The position numbers were made by a program, and so were the translations under genes. The notes beneath the pieces were generated by a model. That model did no database searches. It saw nothing but the letters and a program-made list of their open reading frames with translations, and was not told the origin of the DNA. Positions 29,371 through 39,104 of a stretch of 64,000 bases of DNA are shown piece by piece (the first letter of the stretch is position 1; the number at the start of each line of letters is the position of its first letter). The DNA is from an uncultured bacterium. Its GTDB lineage: Bacteria; Bacillota_I; Bacilli_A; RFN20; CAG-826. The stretch covers positions 352,149-416,148 of the forward strand of contig CASFZN010000018.1 of the NCBI GenBank assembly GCA_949299195.1. Reading direction: 5' to 3'.

Positions 29371-29446
29371 GGTTCGCTAGCTCAGCTGGCAGAGCAACTG
29401 ACTCTTAATCAGTGGGTCCGGAGTTCGAATCTCCGGCGAATCACCA
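29371..29446 (+). tRNA. tRNA-Lys (anticodon CTT), CCA encoded
   Basis: acceptor ggttcgc/gcgaatc, anticodon loop cTCTTaa, canonical T-loop ttcgaat. Confidence 0.9.
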
Positions 29447-29455
29447 TCAAATAAA

Positions 29456-29488
29456 TTAAAAGTTGGCCTAATTGGCCAACTTTTTATT
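29456..29488 (+). terminator. intrinsic terminator after tRNA-Lys
   Basis: aaaAGTTGGCCtaattGGCCAACTtttt. Confidence 0.6.
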
Positions 29489-29522
29489 ATCTATAATTAA
29501 CAATTTTTATATAATAATTGCT

Positions 29523-30206
29523 ATGAGCTGGGATAATTTTTTTAATAGCATAAAGACTAAAGATTACTATCAAGAATTAATGAAATTTATTGATAAAGAA
29601 TATTTAGAGAATGTTTGCTATCCTCCAAAAGAGTTGATTTTTAATGCGTTTAAACTAGTAGATCCTAAGGATATTAAGGTAATAATCATTGGTCAAGATC
29701 CATATATTCATAAAGGAGAAGCTATGGGTTTAGCCTTTAGTGTAAATGAAGGAATTAAACTCCCCCCATCTTTAAGAAACATCTATAAAGAAATAGAAAA
29801 TGAATTTAATATAGCTATGGATTATAATTCAGGGGATTTAACTTATTTAGCTAAACAAGGAGTCTTCTTAATTAATCCAATTTTAACGGTTAGAGAAGGT
29901 AAATCCTTATCTCATAATAACGCCTTATACCAAGAATTATTTAAAGATTTATTCGAGTATATCGATACTTTTTTAACTCAACCTCTAGTAATAATGTTAT
30001 GGGGAAATAAGGCTAAAGAATATAAAAAATATATTACAAATAAAAATAAAAATATGCTTGTTTTAGAATCTTCTCATCCGTCTCCATTAAGTGCAAATCA
30101 AGGAGGTTGGTTCAATTCAGGAATATTTATTAAAACTAATGAATATTTAGAAAAAAATAATATTAAAAAGATTTCATGGGCTAACTCCATCTTTCATCTT
30201 GACTAA
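29523..30206 (+). CDS. ung: uracil-DNA glycosylase (family 1)
   Basis: 'IIGQDPYIH', 'HPSPLSA'; N-terminus 'MSWDNFF...DYYQEL'; ORF-track TTG start at 29472 lies in the tRNA terminator and is rejected. Confidence 0.85.
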   Translation: MSWDNFFNSIKTKDYYQELMKFIDKEYLENVCYPPKELIFNAFKLVDPKDIKVIIIGQDPYIHKGEAMGLAFSVNEGIKLPPSLRNIYKEIENEFNIAMDYNSGDLTYLAKQGVFLINPILTVREGKSLSHNNALYQELFKDLFEYIDTFLTQPLVIMLWGNKAKEYKKYITNKNKNMLVLESSHPSPLSANQGGWFNSGIFIKTNEYLEKNNIKKISWANSIFHLD

Positions 30207-30235
30207 TCTTAATCTATAATTATTTTTGTAGATAA

Positions 30236-30330
30236 AGTTATGGGGGCTTGTGATACAGGCTGAGATAAAAGTAGTTACTTTTGACCATTTAACCTGATCT
30301 AGGTAATTCTAGCGTAGGTAAAACTCTTTT
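30236..30330 (+). promoter_or_regulatory. TPP (thiamine pyrophosphate) riboswitch aptamer
   Basis: tgGGGGcttgtgataCAGGCTGAGAtaaa...ttgACCatttAACCTGATCTaGGtAATtCtAGCGTAGGtAAaa matches the THI-element consensus (CUGAGA, ACCUGAUCU, AGCGUAGG). Confidence 0.8.
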
Positions 30331-30379
30331 TTATTGGATAAAACTAATTAAATAGTAGTCCTTAAAAATAATTAAAGAA

Positions 30380-30415
30380 TTAACTACCTAAGAATTATCA
30401 GGTAGTTTTATTTTT
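30380..30415 (+). terminator. candidate riboswitch expression-platform terminator
   Basis: ttAACTACCTaagaattatcAGGTAGTTttatttttc between aptamer and RBS aggaggg. Confidence 0.45.
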
Positions 30416-30444
30416 CTTTAATTTAATTTAGGAGGGATATATTT

Positions 30445-31569
30445 ATGATAGATGAAATTAAAAAAGAAAATGATATTACTGATAATTCTTCGACAACAGT
30501 ATCGAATAAAAAGTTTGATATTTATCGAGGAATTATAGGAATAGTTTTACTATTGGCAACTTACATATTTTTAGTTACTGATGGTTTTACGCTTTCAACT
30601 TTAAATGAAGAAGAAGTCACTCTTTCTTTATTTGATGCAATATTTGGAAATAGTGAATTAAAAATAGGATTAAATCCAATTGGATTAACTAGTTTTATTT
30701 TAATTTCTTGTGCAACTTTGTTATTTATTGTTGGATTTATTTTTAAAATAATAGGAAATAAAAAAGCATCAAACAGCTTATTTATTTCTTCATCAATTAC
30801 ATTATTTCTAGGATATATTTTCTATTTAGCAATTATTTATACATTTTATTATGTAGTTCCAGGAGCTAGTGAGATTATACCTTCTGAATATGGGATATAT
30901 TTTGTTACTCCATCAATGATAATTTATTCGGTAATTATCGCAATTTCTTTAATTATGATTTTAGCTTCTATTGAAAGAAAAGATGGCAGTAAATTTAAGG
31001 TAAAAGAGATTTCAGAATTAGCAATGATGGTTGCTTTAGCAATAGTTTTAGATCAATTTGTAAAAATTCCAATTGGTTCTACCGGAGGAAGTATTAACTT
31101 TTCCGCTTTTCCTTTAATGATATATGGGATTAGACATGGCTTTCTTAAAGGAATATTAGCTAGTTCAATCATTTTTGGAATTATTACGAATTTAATAGAT
31201 GGTTATGGTCTTTTATGTTATCCATTTGACTATTTAATTGCCTTTTTAGGATATGGGTCTAGTGGCTTATTCTATTACATTTTTAAGTCCACTATTTTTA
31301 AGAATAAATCGAGCGAAAATGACAATTTAATTTTGATTATTATCTCTTTAATTTTAGGAGCAATCACCTTATTTATTATAAGAATGATTGGTTCAACCAT
31401 GTCTTCGATGATTCTTTGGGAATATGAACTTGGCGCTGCTTTACTTTATAACATTTTATATGTTGGTCCTAGTGCCTTGGGATGTTTAGTAATTTCATTA
31501 CTTTTATCTCCTGTTATCAATATGATTAATAAAAGGCAAAAAACTTCTTATTTAGAAAAATTAGCATAA
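30445..31569 (+). CDS. TPP-riboswitch-controlled polytopic membrane protein; C-terminal half resembles an ECF-transporter S-component (ThiT-like), putative thiamine/precursor transporter
   Basis: 374 aa, about 10 TM helices; second half 'MMVALAIVLDQFVKIPIGSTGGSINFSAFPLMIYGIRHGFLKGILAS' S-component-like; directly downstream of riboswitch. Confidence 0.5.
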   Translation: MIDEIKKENDITDNSSTTVSNKKFDIYRGIIGIVLLLATYIFLVTDGFTLSTLNEEEVTLSLFDAIFGNSELKIGLNPIGLTSFILISCATLLFIVGFIFKIIGNKKASNSLFISSSITLFLGYIFYLAIIYTFYYVVPGASEIIPSEYGIYFVTPSMIIYSVIIAISLIMILASIERKDGSKFKVKEISELAMMVALAIVLDQFVKIPIGSTGGSINFSAFPLMIYGIRHGFLKGILASSIIFGIITNLIDGYGLLCYPFDYLIAFLGYGSSGLFYYIFKSTIFKNKSSENDNLILIIISLILGAITLFIIRMIGSTMSSMILWEYELGAALLYNILYVGPSALGCLVISLLLSPVINMINKRQKTSYLEKLA

Positions 31570-31743
31570 TTACCCCTTTTATAAATAAAAGATAAAATGC
31601 GATATTTATCGCATTTTTTCTTTATATAAAAACAAGTTAAAATGCTTTATAATTATATGGGTACGATTTTCTTTTAATATTTAATTAATAAATATTAAAG
31701 AAATGTAGAAAAAGTATTGATTTCTCTAGGAGGTAGTTAAAAA

Positions 31744-32964
31744 ATGGGATTTAAAAAAGCCAAAACAAAAGAAGAATTAGAACAAGAGGCTTTATTAGCA
31801 AGTCAAAATAGTCAAGAATTAGTCGATGAAAACGGCGAAAAAATAGAAACTAACGATAAGGTTGATGAACAAGGCTATGTTATTGAAGATGGAGTAAGTG
31901 AAACTATTGAAAGTAGTGAAAAAGAAAAAAGTTTAGCCGAAAGAATCAACGAAAAAAGAAATGAACACATTAAATACACTAAAAAATTAAAGATTATCAA
32001 CTATGTTGTTACAGGTGCATTATTTGTAGTTTTAGTTATTTGTTTAGTTTTAGCCCTCACTTTAGGTAATAGTAGCGATGGAAATAATTCTTATGTCACA
32101 ATTATCGTTTTAGTTGTCGCAGTTTTATTACTTATTGGTACTTTTGTATTTTCTAAACTTCAAAGAAAACAAATCGATAAAAGTGGCAACACATATGCAA
32201 TGTTTATTTATGAAGAAGCTTATAAAATTATCTATGATGTCGAAAATAGTGAATCTAAATTTAAAGATGTCACTTTCAATTTAAAAGAAAATGTTAACGA
32301 CATCTTCTTAGATGCAAGAATGTATACCAAAATTAATCAATTTAAAGCTTTAAATGTTATTGGCGGCAAAGCTTTAGTTAATGATGGCAAAGAAGTTGAA
32401 TTTAAAGCTTTCGATTGTGCTGCAATTACTGCTGAAAAAGGCCAAAGAGGTCCAAAGTTTGTCGGAAGAGTTTTTGTTTTCGATTTTACCGATAAATATG
32501 AAAGTGGTATGAGAGTTTTATATCAAAAAAAGGGTGGAAAACTTTCTATTTCAGTCGATGATATTGAAGATTTAACCTGTATCGAAAACAATCCAAAATA
32601 CATTTATTATGTTTCAAAACCTGAATATAAAAATGTTTTATGCTCTAAAAGCATCAAACTTATTAATTCAATCAAATTAGATAAAAATATTATCGATGTA
32701 ATTTGCGCAATAAATAATAACAAGTTATATATTGGAATCGATTATGCCGATGAATTTATCAATCTTCCTACTGATACTCCATATAACGAATCAATTATTA
32801 GTAAAGCTAAAAAAGATGTCGAAACAGTCACTGAAATTGTTGAAGCAATTTATCACACTAATAAAGATGTTGAAAAGATTGAAGATGTAGTTAGCGAAAA
32901 TAAGGAAGAAGCTGTTAAAGAAGAAACTCAAGAAAATAAAGAAAATACCGTAAATAAAGAATAA
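31744..32964 (+). CDS. hypothetical membrane-anchored protein (acidic N- and C-termini, two TM helices, central globular domain)
   Basis: 406-aa ORF, RBS ctaggaggtag; no recognisable motif. Confidence 0.4.
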   Translation: MGFKKAKTKEELEQEALLASQNSQELVDENGEKIETNDKVDEQGYVIEDGVSETIESSEKEKSLAERINEKRNEHIKYTKKLKIINYVVTGALFVVLVICLVLALTLGNSSDGNNSYVTIIVLVVAVLLLIGTFVFSKLQRKQIDKSGNTYAMFIYEEAYKIIYDVENSESKFKDVTFNLKENVNDIFLDARMYTKINQFKALNVIGGKALVNDGKEVEFKAFDCAAITAEKGQRGPKFVGRVFVFDFTDKYESGMRVLYQKKGGKLSISVDDIEDLTCIENNPKYIYYVSKPEYKNVLCSKSIKLINSIKLDKNIIDVICAINNNKLYIGIDYADEFINLPTDTPYNESIISKAKKDVETVTEIVEAIYHTNKDVEKIEDVVSENKEEAVKEETQENKENTVNKE

Positions 32965-32997
32965 CTTTAAGCTTTATTTTGTGTTTAAGGAGAAAAT

Positions 32998-33558
32998 ATG
33001 GAAGCAAGCTTGAAGGGTAAATGGATCGAAGTCCAAGGTTATAAACATGATGGTTCCTTACATCGAATTTGGGATAAGGTTTATGTTATTGAGGAAACTA
33101 AAGATTATATTGTTGTAGTTTCTAAGAAAACTAAAGTTATCGAACATGATTTTAGAATGCGGACCACAAAAGAACCAGCAGTCATGGTATTTTTCAAGGA
33201 CAAATGGATGAATGTTATCTCGATGTTTAAAAAAAGTGGTATAACTTATTATGTTAATTTAGCATCCCCATATATTAAGGATAATAACCGTCTAAAATAT
33301 ATAGATTACGATCTAGATTATAAGTTATATCCTACCAACGATATCCGTTTAATTGACGTAAAAGAATATGGATATCACCGTAAAAAATATCAATATAGTG
33401 ACGAAATTGATCAGATTTTAAAATATAACATCAAGAAAATTCGTAAATTAATGGAAAATCACGAATTCCCATTTATTGATGAAAAAATTAAAGAATATTA
33501 CGAAGAATTTTTAAAAGAAGAAGAGATTTCAAATAAAAATAAAAGTATAAATAGATAA
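32998..33558 (+). CDS. DUF402 family protein (Ntdp-like nucleoside tri/diphosphatase)
   Basis: 'GYKHDGSLHRIWDK' characteristic of DUF402/FomD-like; RBS ttaaggagaaaat. Confidence 0.6.
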   Translation: MEASLKGKWIEVQGYKHDGSLHRIWDKVYVIEETKDYIVVVSKKTKVIEHDFRMRTTKEPAVMVFFKDKWMNVISMFKKSGITYYVNLASPYIKDNNRLKYIDYDLDYKLYPTNDIRLIDVKEYGYHRKKYQYSDEIDQILKYNIKKIRKLMENHEFPFIDEKIKEYYEEFLKEEEISNKNKSINR

Positions 33559-33563
33559 AATAT

Positions 33564-34064
33564 ATGGAAAACAAAGACGTAGAATTATTAAGCAAATCAA
33601 TTATAGATACCAATAAAATTGGAGAAATTATCGCAAAACATTTAAAAGAAAAAGATGTAATTCTTTTAAGTGGAGATTTAGGAGCAGGGAAAACCTCTTT
33701 AACTAAAGCTATCGCTAAGGGGTTAGGAATTAAAGAGGAAGTAAATTCCCCTACCTTTAATATTTTGAAGTGTTATTTTAAAGATACTAACGATTCAAAA
33801 TTAAGTCTATACCATATCGATGCTTATCGACTTGAAGATGTTAATGAAGAAAATAAAAATATTGGTTTAGAAGAAGTAATTGATGGAGATGGAGTCGCAA
33901 TTATTGAATGGCCTCAATTTATTGAAGAATTTATTGATAAAAATCTATCATTAAATATTCAAATTACTATCAATAATATCGATAATTCTCGTAATTTTAA
34001 TATATCTACTATTTCTAATAGATACGATGAATTAATTTGTGATTTAATTAGAAATTTTAAATAA
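33564..34064 (+). CDS. tsaE: tRNA threonylcarbamoyladenosine biosynthesis ATPase TsaE
   Basis: 'LSGDLGAGKTSLTKAIAKGLGI', 'VNSPTFNIL'. Confidence 0.8.
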   Translation: MENKDVELLSKSIIDTNKIGEIIAKHLKEKDVILLSGDLGAGKTSLTKAIAKGLGIKEEVNSPTFNILKCYFKDTNDSKLSLYHIDAYRLEDVNEENKNIGLEEVIDGDGVAIIEWPQFIEEFIDKNLSLNIQITINNIDNSRNFNISTISNRYDELICDLIRNFK

Positions 34065-34084
34065 AAAGAAGGGAAAAAGAAAAA

Positions 34085-34708
34085 ATGAAATACTCTTTAT
34101 TACTTGATACTTCAAATAAATTATTAGTAGTTGGGCTAGCAAAAAACGACGAAGTCATCGATTCAATTATATATGAATGTTTTCAAAGACAATCAGAGTT
34201 TATGATTTTAAAGATTGAAGAAATCTTAAAAAGAAATAATGTCGAACCTAAAGAAATTGGCGAAATAGTCGTTACTTTAGGACCTGGAAGCTATACGGGA
34301 ATTAGAATCGCATTAACTATTGCAAAAATCTATAGTTATACCCTCAACATTCCTTTATATGCCATTTCTTCTTTATATATATTAAAGGATAAGAATAACC
34401 CTTCGATTTGTTTAATGAATGCAAGAAGTAAAAGAAGCTACATCGGGGTTTACGAAAATAATAAGGTCTTATTAAAAGACCAAGTTATGAAAAACGAAGA
34501 TGTAATCGAATATATTGCTTCCCATAAAGATTATAAAGTGTGTGGTGATATTGAATATCTTTTCGATTCCAACTTTAATTTAGAAAATAATAAGGACGAA
34601 ATTGTTTTAAATCCAGACCTTTTAAATAACATGTTAGAAGGAAAAACTTTAGAAAATAGTAGGGTAGAAAATATTCTTTCCCTAAAAGCGATTTATTTAA
34701 AAGATTAA
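34085..34708 (+). CDS. tsaB: tRNA threonylcarbamoyladenosine biosynthesis protein TsaB (YeaZ)
   Basis: 'LLLDTSNKLLVVGL', 'VTLGPGSYTGIRIALTIAK'. Confidence 0.8.
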   Translation: MKYSLLLDTSNKLLVVGLAKNDEVIDSIIYECFQRQSEFMILKIEEILKRNNVEPKEIGEIVVTLGPGSYTGIRIALTIAKIYSYTLNIPLYAISSLYILKDKNNPSICLMNARSKRSYIGVYENNKVLLKDQVMKNEDVIEYIASHKDYKVCGDIEYLFDSNFNLENNKDEIVLNPDLLNNMLEGKTLENSRVENILSLKAIYLKD

Positions 34709-34714
34709 TGGTTT

Positions 34715-35194
34715 ATGAAAATAACTCTTTTACATTTAAATAAAGAAGAAATCTTAAAAAATAAGGATTTAATCGTTAATTCTTTAATTGAAATTGAGAA
34801 CACTTCATATAATGAAGGATTAAAAGAACACGAAATTAAATACGAATTAATCGAAAATCCAGTGAGCGAATTTATTATTGCTATTGATAAAGAAAATAGC
34901 GATAAAATCGTTGGATATTTAGATTTTTGGATTACTTTTGATTCTGCAACTGTGTTTAAAATAACGGTCTTAGACACCTATAGAAAATTAGGAATTGGGA
35001 CCATATTAATAAATAAAAGTTTAGAAATTTTAAAAGAAAACGAAGTTTTATACTATACACTTGAAGTTAGAGAGTCTAATACAAATGCGATAAATCTCTA
35101 TAAAAAGTGTGGTTTTAAAGAAATTGTAAAAAAAGACAAATATTATAAAGATGGCGAAGATGCCATCTATATGGTGAAAGGAATTTATGGGTAA
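34715..35194 (+). CDS. rimI: ribosomal-protein-alanine N-acetyltransferase (GNAT)
   Basis: GNAT motif 'VLDTYRKLGIGTILI', 'LEVRESNTNAINLYKKCGF'; conserved tsaB-rimI-tsaD context. Confidence 0.75.
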   Translation: MKITLLHLNKEEILKNKDLIVNSLIEIENTSYNEGLKEHEIKYELIENPVSEFIIAIDKENSDKIVGYLDFWITFDSATVFKITVLDTYRKLGIGTILINKSLEILKENEVLYYTLEVRESNTNAINLYKKCGFKEIVKKDKYYKDGEDAIYMVKGIYG

Positions 35195-36218
35195 CTTAAA
35201 AAAAGATGAAATTATATTAGGAATTGAATCAAGTTGTGATGAAACTGCAATTGCTATTATTAAAAATGATGAATTAATAGCAAATGTAATTTCTTCCCAA
35301 ATTGAAGTCCATCAAAAATACGGCGGAGTTATGCCAGAAATTGCTTCTAGACTTCATTTAGAAAATATCGCTGTCGTTTTAGATAGCGCTTTAAAAAAAG
35401 CAGATATTAAAATGGAAGATGTTTCTGCCATTGCTTTTACTCGTGGGCCTGGATTAATCGGAGCTTTACATGTAGGACTTCAAGCTGCTAAAACTTTATC
35501 TTTAATTTATAACATTCCTTTAATTCCTGTTCATCATTTAGCAGGTCATATATATGCGAATGAATTTGTAGAAAAGGTAGAATTTCCTTTACTTGCTGTT
35601 GTAGTAAGTGGCGGAAATACTGAGCTAGTTTATATGAAAGACCACTTTGATTTTGATATTATTGGCGAAACTAAAGACGACGCAATCGGAGAAAGTTTCG
35701 ATAAAGTTGCAAGAGTTTTAGGACTCCCTTATCCAGGAGGAGTTGCGATTGATAAACTATCAAAAGAAGGAAAACATACCTATAAATTACCTACTCCACT
35801 ACATGATGATTCATTAAATGTATCATATTCTGGACTTAAAACCGCAGTAATTAATCTTATTCATAAAGAAGAAGTTAACAGCAACGAAATTAGAGTTGCT
35901 GATATGGCTAAATCATTCCAAGATGTCGCGGTTAATGAAATCATTTTAAGAGTCAAAAGAGCTAGCGAAAGATATGATTTTAAAGAGGTTGTTTTAGCAG
36001 GAGGAGTCAGTGCTAATTCACATTTAAGAGAAGAAATCGTTAAATTATTTGAAAATAACGATAAAGTAAGGGTAATTATCCCACCACTATGGTGTACAAC
36101 TGATAATGCAGCCATGATAGCAAAGGTTGGAACCTATTTATATAAAAGAAAGATGTTTGCTCCACTTTCAGTAGGAGTAGATCCTTCACGGAAAATTGAA
36201 GATTATGATAAATTTTAA
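35187..36218 (+). CDS. tsaD: tRNA N6-adenosine threonylcarbamoyltransferase TsaD
   Basis: 'ILGIESSCDETAIAII', 'VSGGNTELV', 'GLPYPGG'. Confidence 0.9.
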   Translation: MGNLKKDEIILGIESSCDETAIAIIKNDELIANVISSQIEVHQKYGGVMPEIASRLHLENIAVVLDSALKKADIKMEDVSAIAFTRGPGLIGALHVGLQAAKTLSLIYNIPLIPVHHLAGHIYANEFVEKVEFPLLAVVVSGGNTELVYMKDHFDFDIIGETKDDAIGESFDKVARVLGLPYPGGVAIDKLSKEGKHTYKLPTPLHDDSLNVSYSGLKTAVINLIHKEEVNSNEIRVADMAKSFQDVAVNEIILRVKRASERYDFKEVVLAGGVSANSHLREEIVKLFENNDKVRVIIPPLWCTTDNAAMIAKVGTYLYKRKMFAPLSVGVDPSRKIEDYDKF

Positions 36219-36289
36219 TTATTGATAAACACTAAATTTATTAATAATGATATAATTTTAAGTTATTGAGAGAGAGGTAGAAATTAATT

Positions 36290-37678
36290 ATGGAAAGAGT
36301 GATGAATGTTACAAAAGAATTATTTGTGAAATTGACTCAAAATTCTTTAAAAGATGACGAGAAAGTCTTACTTGAAGGTTGGGTTAGAGGGAATAGAGAC
36401 AATGGTAAAATTGGTTTTATTGAATTTAACGATGGAACTACTTTTAAAAATATTCAACTCGTTTATGATCACGAACTTCTAAGTAAAGAAATATACGATA
36501 AATGCGCGCATTTTAAATATGCAGGAGCAATAAAAGTAGAAGGTAAAATTAAACTTACTCCAGAAAACAAACAACCTTTCGAAGTTGTTGTTATAGATGC
36601 TGAAGTTTTAGGTGATGTTGATGAAGACTATCCTTTGCAAAAGAAAAGACATAGCTTCGAATTTATGAGAGATATCGCATATTTAAGACCAAGAGCTAAT
36701 ACATTCAACGCTTTATTTAGAGTTAGAAACATCCTTGCTTATGCAATTCATAAATTTTTCCAAGAAAGAGGGTTTATGTATGTTCATACTCCACTTTTAA
36801 CAACTAACGACGCTGAAGGTGCAGGTCAAACTTTTAAGGTTTGTGAAGATTTAAAAAATCCAACTGAATTTTTTAACGCAAATACCTCTTTAACAGTTTC
36901 TGGACAACTTCACGTTGAACCTTTTGCTTTAACTTTTAGAGACACCTATACTTTTGGTCCAACATTTAGAGCAGAACATTCAAATACTTCTAGACACGCG
37001 TCAGAATTCTGGATGATTGAACCTGAAATTGCTTTCGCTGATTTAGAAGATGATATGAACTTGATGGAAGACTTCTTAAAATACATCATGTCTTATGTAT
37101 TAGAAAACTGTAAGGAAGAAATGGATTTCTTTAACACCATGATTGAAAAAGGGGTTTTAGATAAAATTCAACATGTTTTAAATTCTCCATTTAAAAGAAT
37201 GACATATACTGAAGGTATTGAAATTTTAAAAGAAGCTGTCAAAAATGGTGAAAAATTTGAATATAATCACATTGAATGGGGAATGGATCTTCAAAGCGAA
37301 CATGAAAGATATTTAACTGAAAAAGTAGTTAAAGGTCCAATGTTTTTAATTGATTATCCAAAAGATATTAAATCCTTTTATATGAAACTAAATAAAGATG
37401 GAAAAACTGTTGCAGCTTGTGACCTTTTAGTTCCTGGAGTTGGAGAAATTTGTGGTGGTTCACAAAGAGAAGACGACTATGAGAAACTAAAAGCAAGAAT
37501 GGAAAAAGAAGGAAATGATAAAACATTAGACTGGTACTTAAATTTAAGAAGATATGGCGGTTGTATCCATTCAGGTTTTGGCCTTGGATTTGATAGACTA
37601 TTGATGTATATGACTGGATTAAGTAATATTAGAGATGTACAACCATATCCTCGTACACCAGGAAGCATTAAATATTAA
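36290..37678 (+). CDS. asnS: asparagine-tRNA ligase
   Basis: class II motifs 'FRAEHSNTSRHASEFWMIEPE', 'GGSQRE', 'GFGLGFDRLLMYMTG'; 462 aa. Confidence 0.9.
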   Translation: MERVMNVTKELFVKLTQNSLKDDEKVLLEGWVRGNRDNGKIGFIEFNDGTTFKNIQLVYDHELLSKEIYDKCAHFKYAGAIKVEGKIKLTPENKQPFEVVVIDAEVLGDVDEDYPLQKKRHSFEFMRDIAYLRPRANTFNALFRVRNILAYAIHKFFQERGFMYVHTPLLTTNDAEGAGQTFKVCEDLKNPTEFFNANTSLTVSGQLHVEPFALTFRDTYTFGPTFRAEHSNTSRHASEFWMIEPEIAFADLEDDMNLMEDFLKYIMSYVLENCKEEMDFFNTMIEKGVLDKIQHVLNSPFKRMTYTEGIEILKEAVKNGEKFEYNHIEWGMDLQSEHERYLTEKVVKGPMFLIDYPKDIKSFYMKLNKDGKTVAACDLLVPGVGEICGGSQREDDYEKLKARMEKEGNDKTLDWYLNLRRYGGCIHSGFGLGFDRLLMYMTGLSNIRDVQPYPRTPGSIKY

Positions 37679-37681
37679 TTT

Positions 37682-37939
37682 ATGGCAAGAATTAAGAAAA
37701 ATAACGACATAAAAGAAGCAAAAACTTCAAGAAAAGTTAAAGATGAGTTCTTAGAAGAAGAAAATGAAGACATTTTAAAAAGAAGAACTACATCTAGAAC
37801 TGTTGAATTTGAAACCATAAAAGAGGAAAAGTCCGTTAATTATGGCAGAAATAAGAAAGTTTTAATCACTTTCTCAATCCTTTCATTTTTCCTTCTTTGC
37901 TATATTGTTTATTTAGTAGTTTGCGCTTTTATTTTCTAA
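37682..37939 (+). CDS. small protein, basic/acidic N-region and single C-terminal TM helix
   Basis: 85-aa ORF tightly following asnS; terminator follows. Confidence 0.35.
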   Translation: MARIKKNNDIKEAKTSRKVKDEFLEEENEDILKRRTTSRTVEFETIKEEKSVNYGRNKKVLITFSILSFFLLCYIVYLVVCAFIF

Positions 37940-37961
37940 TAAAAAATAAGGTTTAATATAT

Positions 37962-37990
37962 AATTAGCCACAGATGTGGCTAATTTTTTT
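37962..37990 (+). terminator. intrinsic terminator
   Basis: TTAGCCACAgatGTGGCTAA + T8. Confidence 0.7.
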
Positions 37991-38129
37991 ACGATAAAAT
38001 TTTTAAAATAGTATGCTATAAAAAAAGTCGATATATCGGATAGAATAGTATCATTATTAAACAAATCATCTAACCATTTTTTATTTTATGAGCTTTCTTT
38101 ATATAGTAAAATGTTAGAAATCGCTAAAT

Positions 38130-38729
38130 ATGTTTTTAGACAAATTACGAACTGCAGTTAAATCCAAAAAGATATCAATTTTCACAGTAGTAGGAATCAT
38201 TATTTCTACTTTTTCATCATTAAATAAACTTTTTATTTTATATAATAGCTTCGCGGTTTATCTTTGTTTTTTCAATATTTTACTAATTATTACTAAAATC
38301 GAATGTATCTATGGAATTATTGATAACGATAACGAAGCTTTATATTATGCTAGAAATATTGTTAATGGAATTTTAGTTTTATGCGCTGGAATTTCTTTTG
38401 TAATTTATACCGTTATTGTCTTAATTTTTAGGGCATACCACGAAGAATATACTCGATTTGAAGGCCTTTATTTAGCTACTTTAGCATTTGTAGAAATCGT
38501 TATTGCTATTATCTTTTTTGTTAAAGATCGCCAAAAATCTCATTATTTAAAAACAATGAGGATTTCTAATCTTTTGTTGGCCTTTTCTGCTTTATTAACT
38601 GCTCAAATTTCGATTCTTTCTTTTACTGGAAATGATAGTTATTTAGGAAGTATTATTTTTGGAATGGTAATAGGAATTTCTTCGATTGGATGCGGGATTT
38701 ATATTATTTTATCCCTAAATATGGATTAA
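38130..38729 (+). CDS. hypothetical polytopic membrane protein
   Basis: 199-aa ORF, 5-6 TM helices. Confidence 0.4.
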   Translation: MFLDKLRTAVKSKKISIFTVVGIIISTFSSLNKLFILYNSFAVYLCFFNILLIITKIECIYGIIDNDNEALYYARNIVNGILVLCAGISFVIYTVIVLIFRAYHEEYTRFEGLYLATLAFVEIVIAIIFFVKDRQKSHYLKTMRISNLLLAFSALLTAQISILSFTGNDSYLGSIIFGMVIGISSIGCGIYIILSLNMD

Positions 38730-39091
38730 TTAACCATGATTATAATAAGTTTAAATTAGTAGACCCTTCTTTAAATAAAATTATAGATTTTGGTGAAGAA
38801 CAAAGAGTACATCGACTTCCTTTAAAAAGAGGTAAATTATCATATACTTTTTATTATGAATATATGGTAGATGTTGATAAAAAAGAAATTGAAGGCATTA
38901 TTATTAAAGAAAGCGTTTGGTTTAAAAAACTTAATATTTATATCAAAATATTGATTTACTTTTTTATTTTTATGCGGATTATTCCCTTTATAATTCTTCA
39001 TATTGCTTTAGGAGTAAGAAGAATTAATTTACATAAAAAACTCGAAGCCTTGATGAAGGAAAATGGCTTCGAGTTAATAGAATATAATTAA
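38690..39091 (+). CDS. hypothetical protein with C-terminal TM region (overlaps previous gene by 40 nt; doubtful)
   Basis: only in-frame start is ATG at 38690 inside the upstream gene; 133 aa. Confidence 0.25.
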   Translation: MRDLYYFIPKYGLINHDYNKFKLVDPSLNKIIDFGEEQRVHRLPLKRGKLSYTFYYEYMVDVDKKEIEGIIIKESVWFKKLNIYIKILIYFFIFMRIIPFIILHIALGVRRINLHKKLEALMKENGFELIEYN

Positions 39092-39104
39092 AATATTAAA
39101 TAAT

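Noticed and set aside
29472-29522. ORF-track N-terminal extension of ung (TTG start)
   Set aside because: Extension overlaps the tRNA-Lys terminator hairpin; the UNG N-terminal consensus begins at ATG 29523.
25870-37668. antisense/overlapping ORFs 25870-26082, 28240-28425, 34705-34977, 35861-36115, 37477-37668
   Set aside because: Embedded in nrdD, nrdG, tsaB/rimI, tsaD and asnS respectively.
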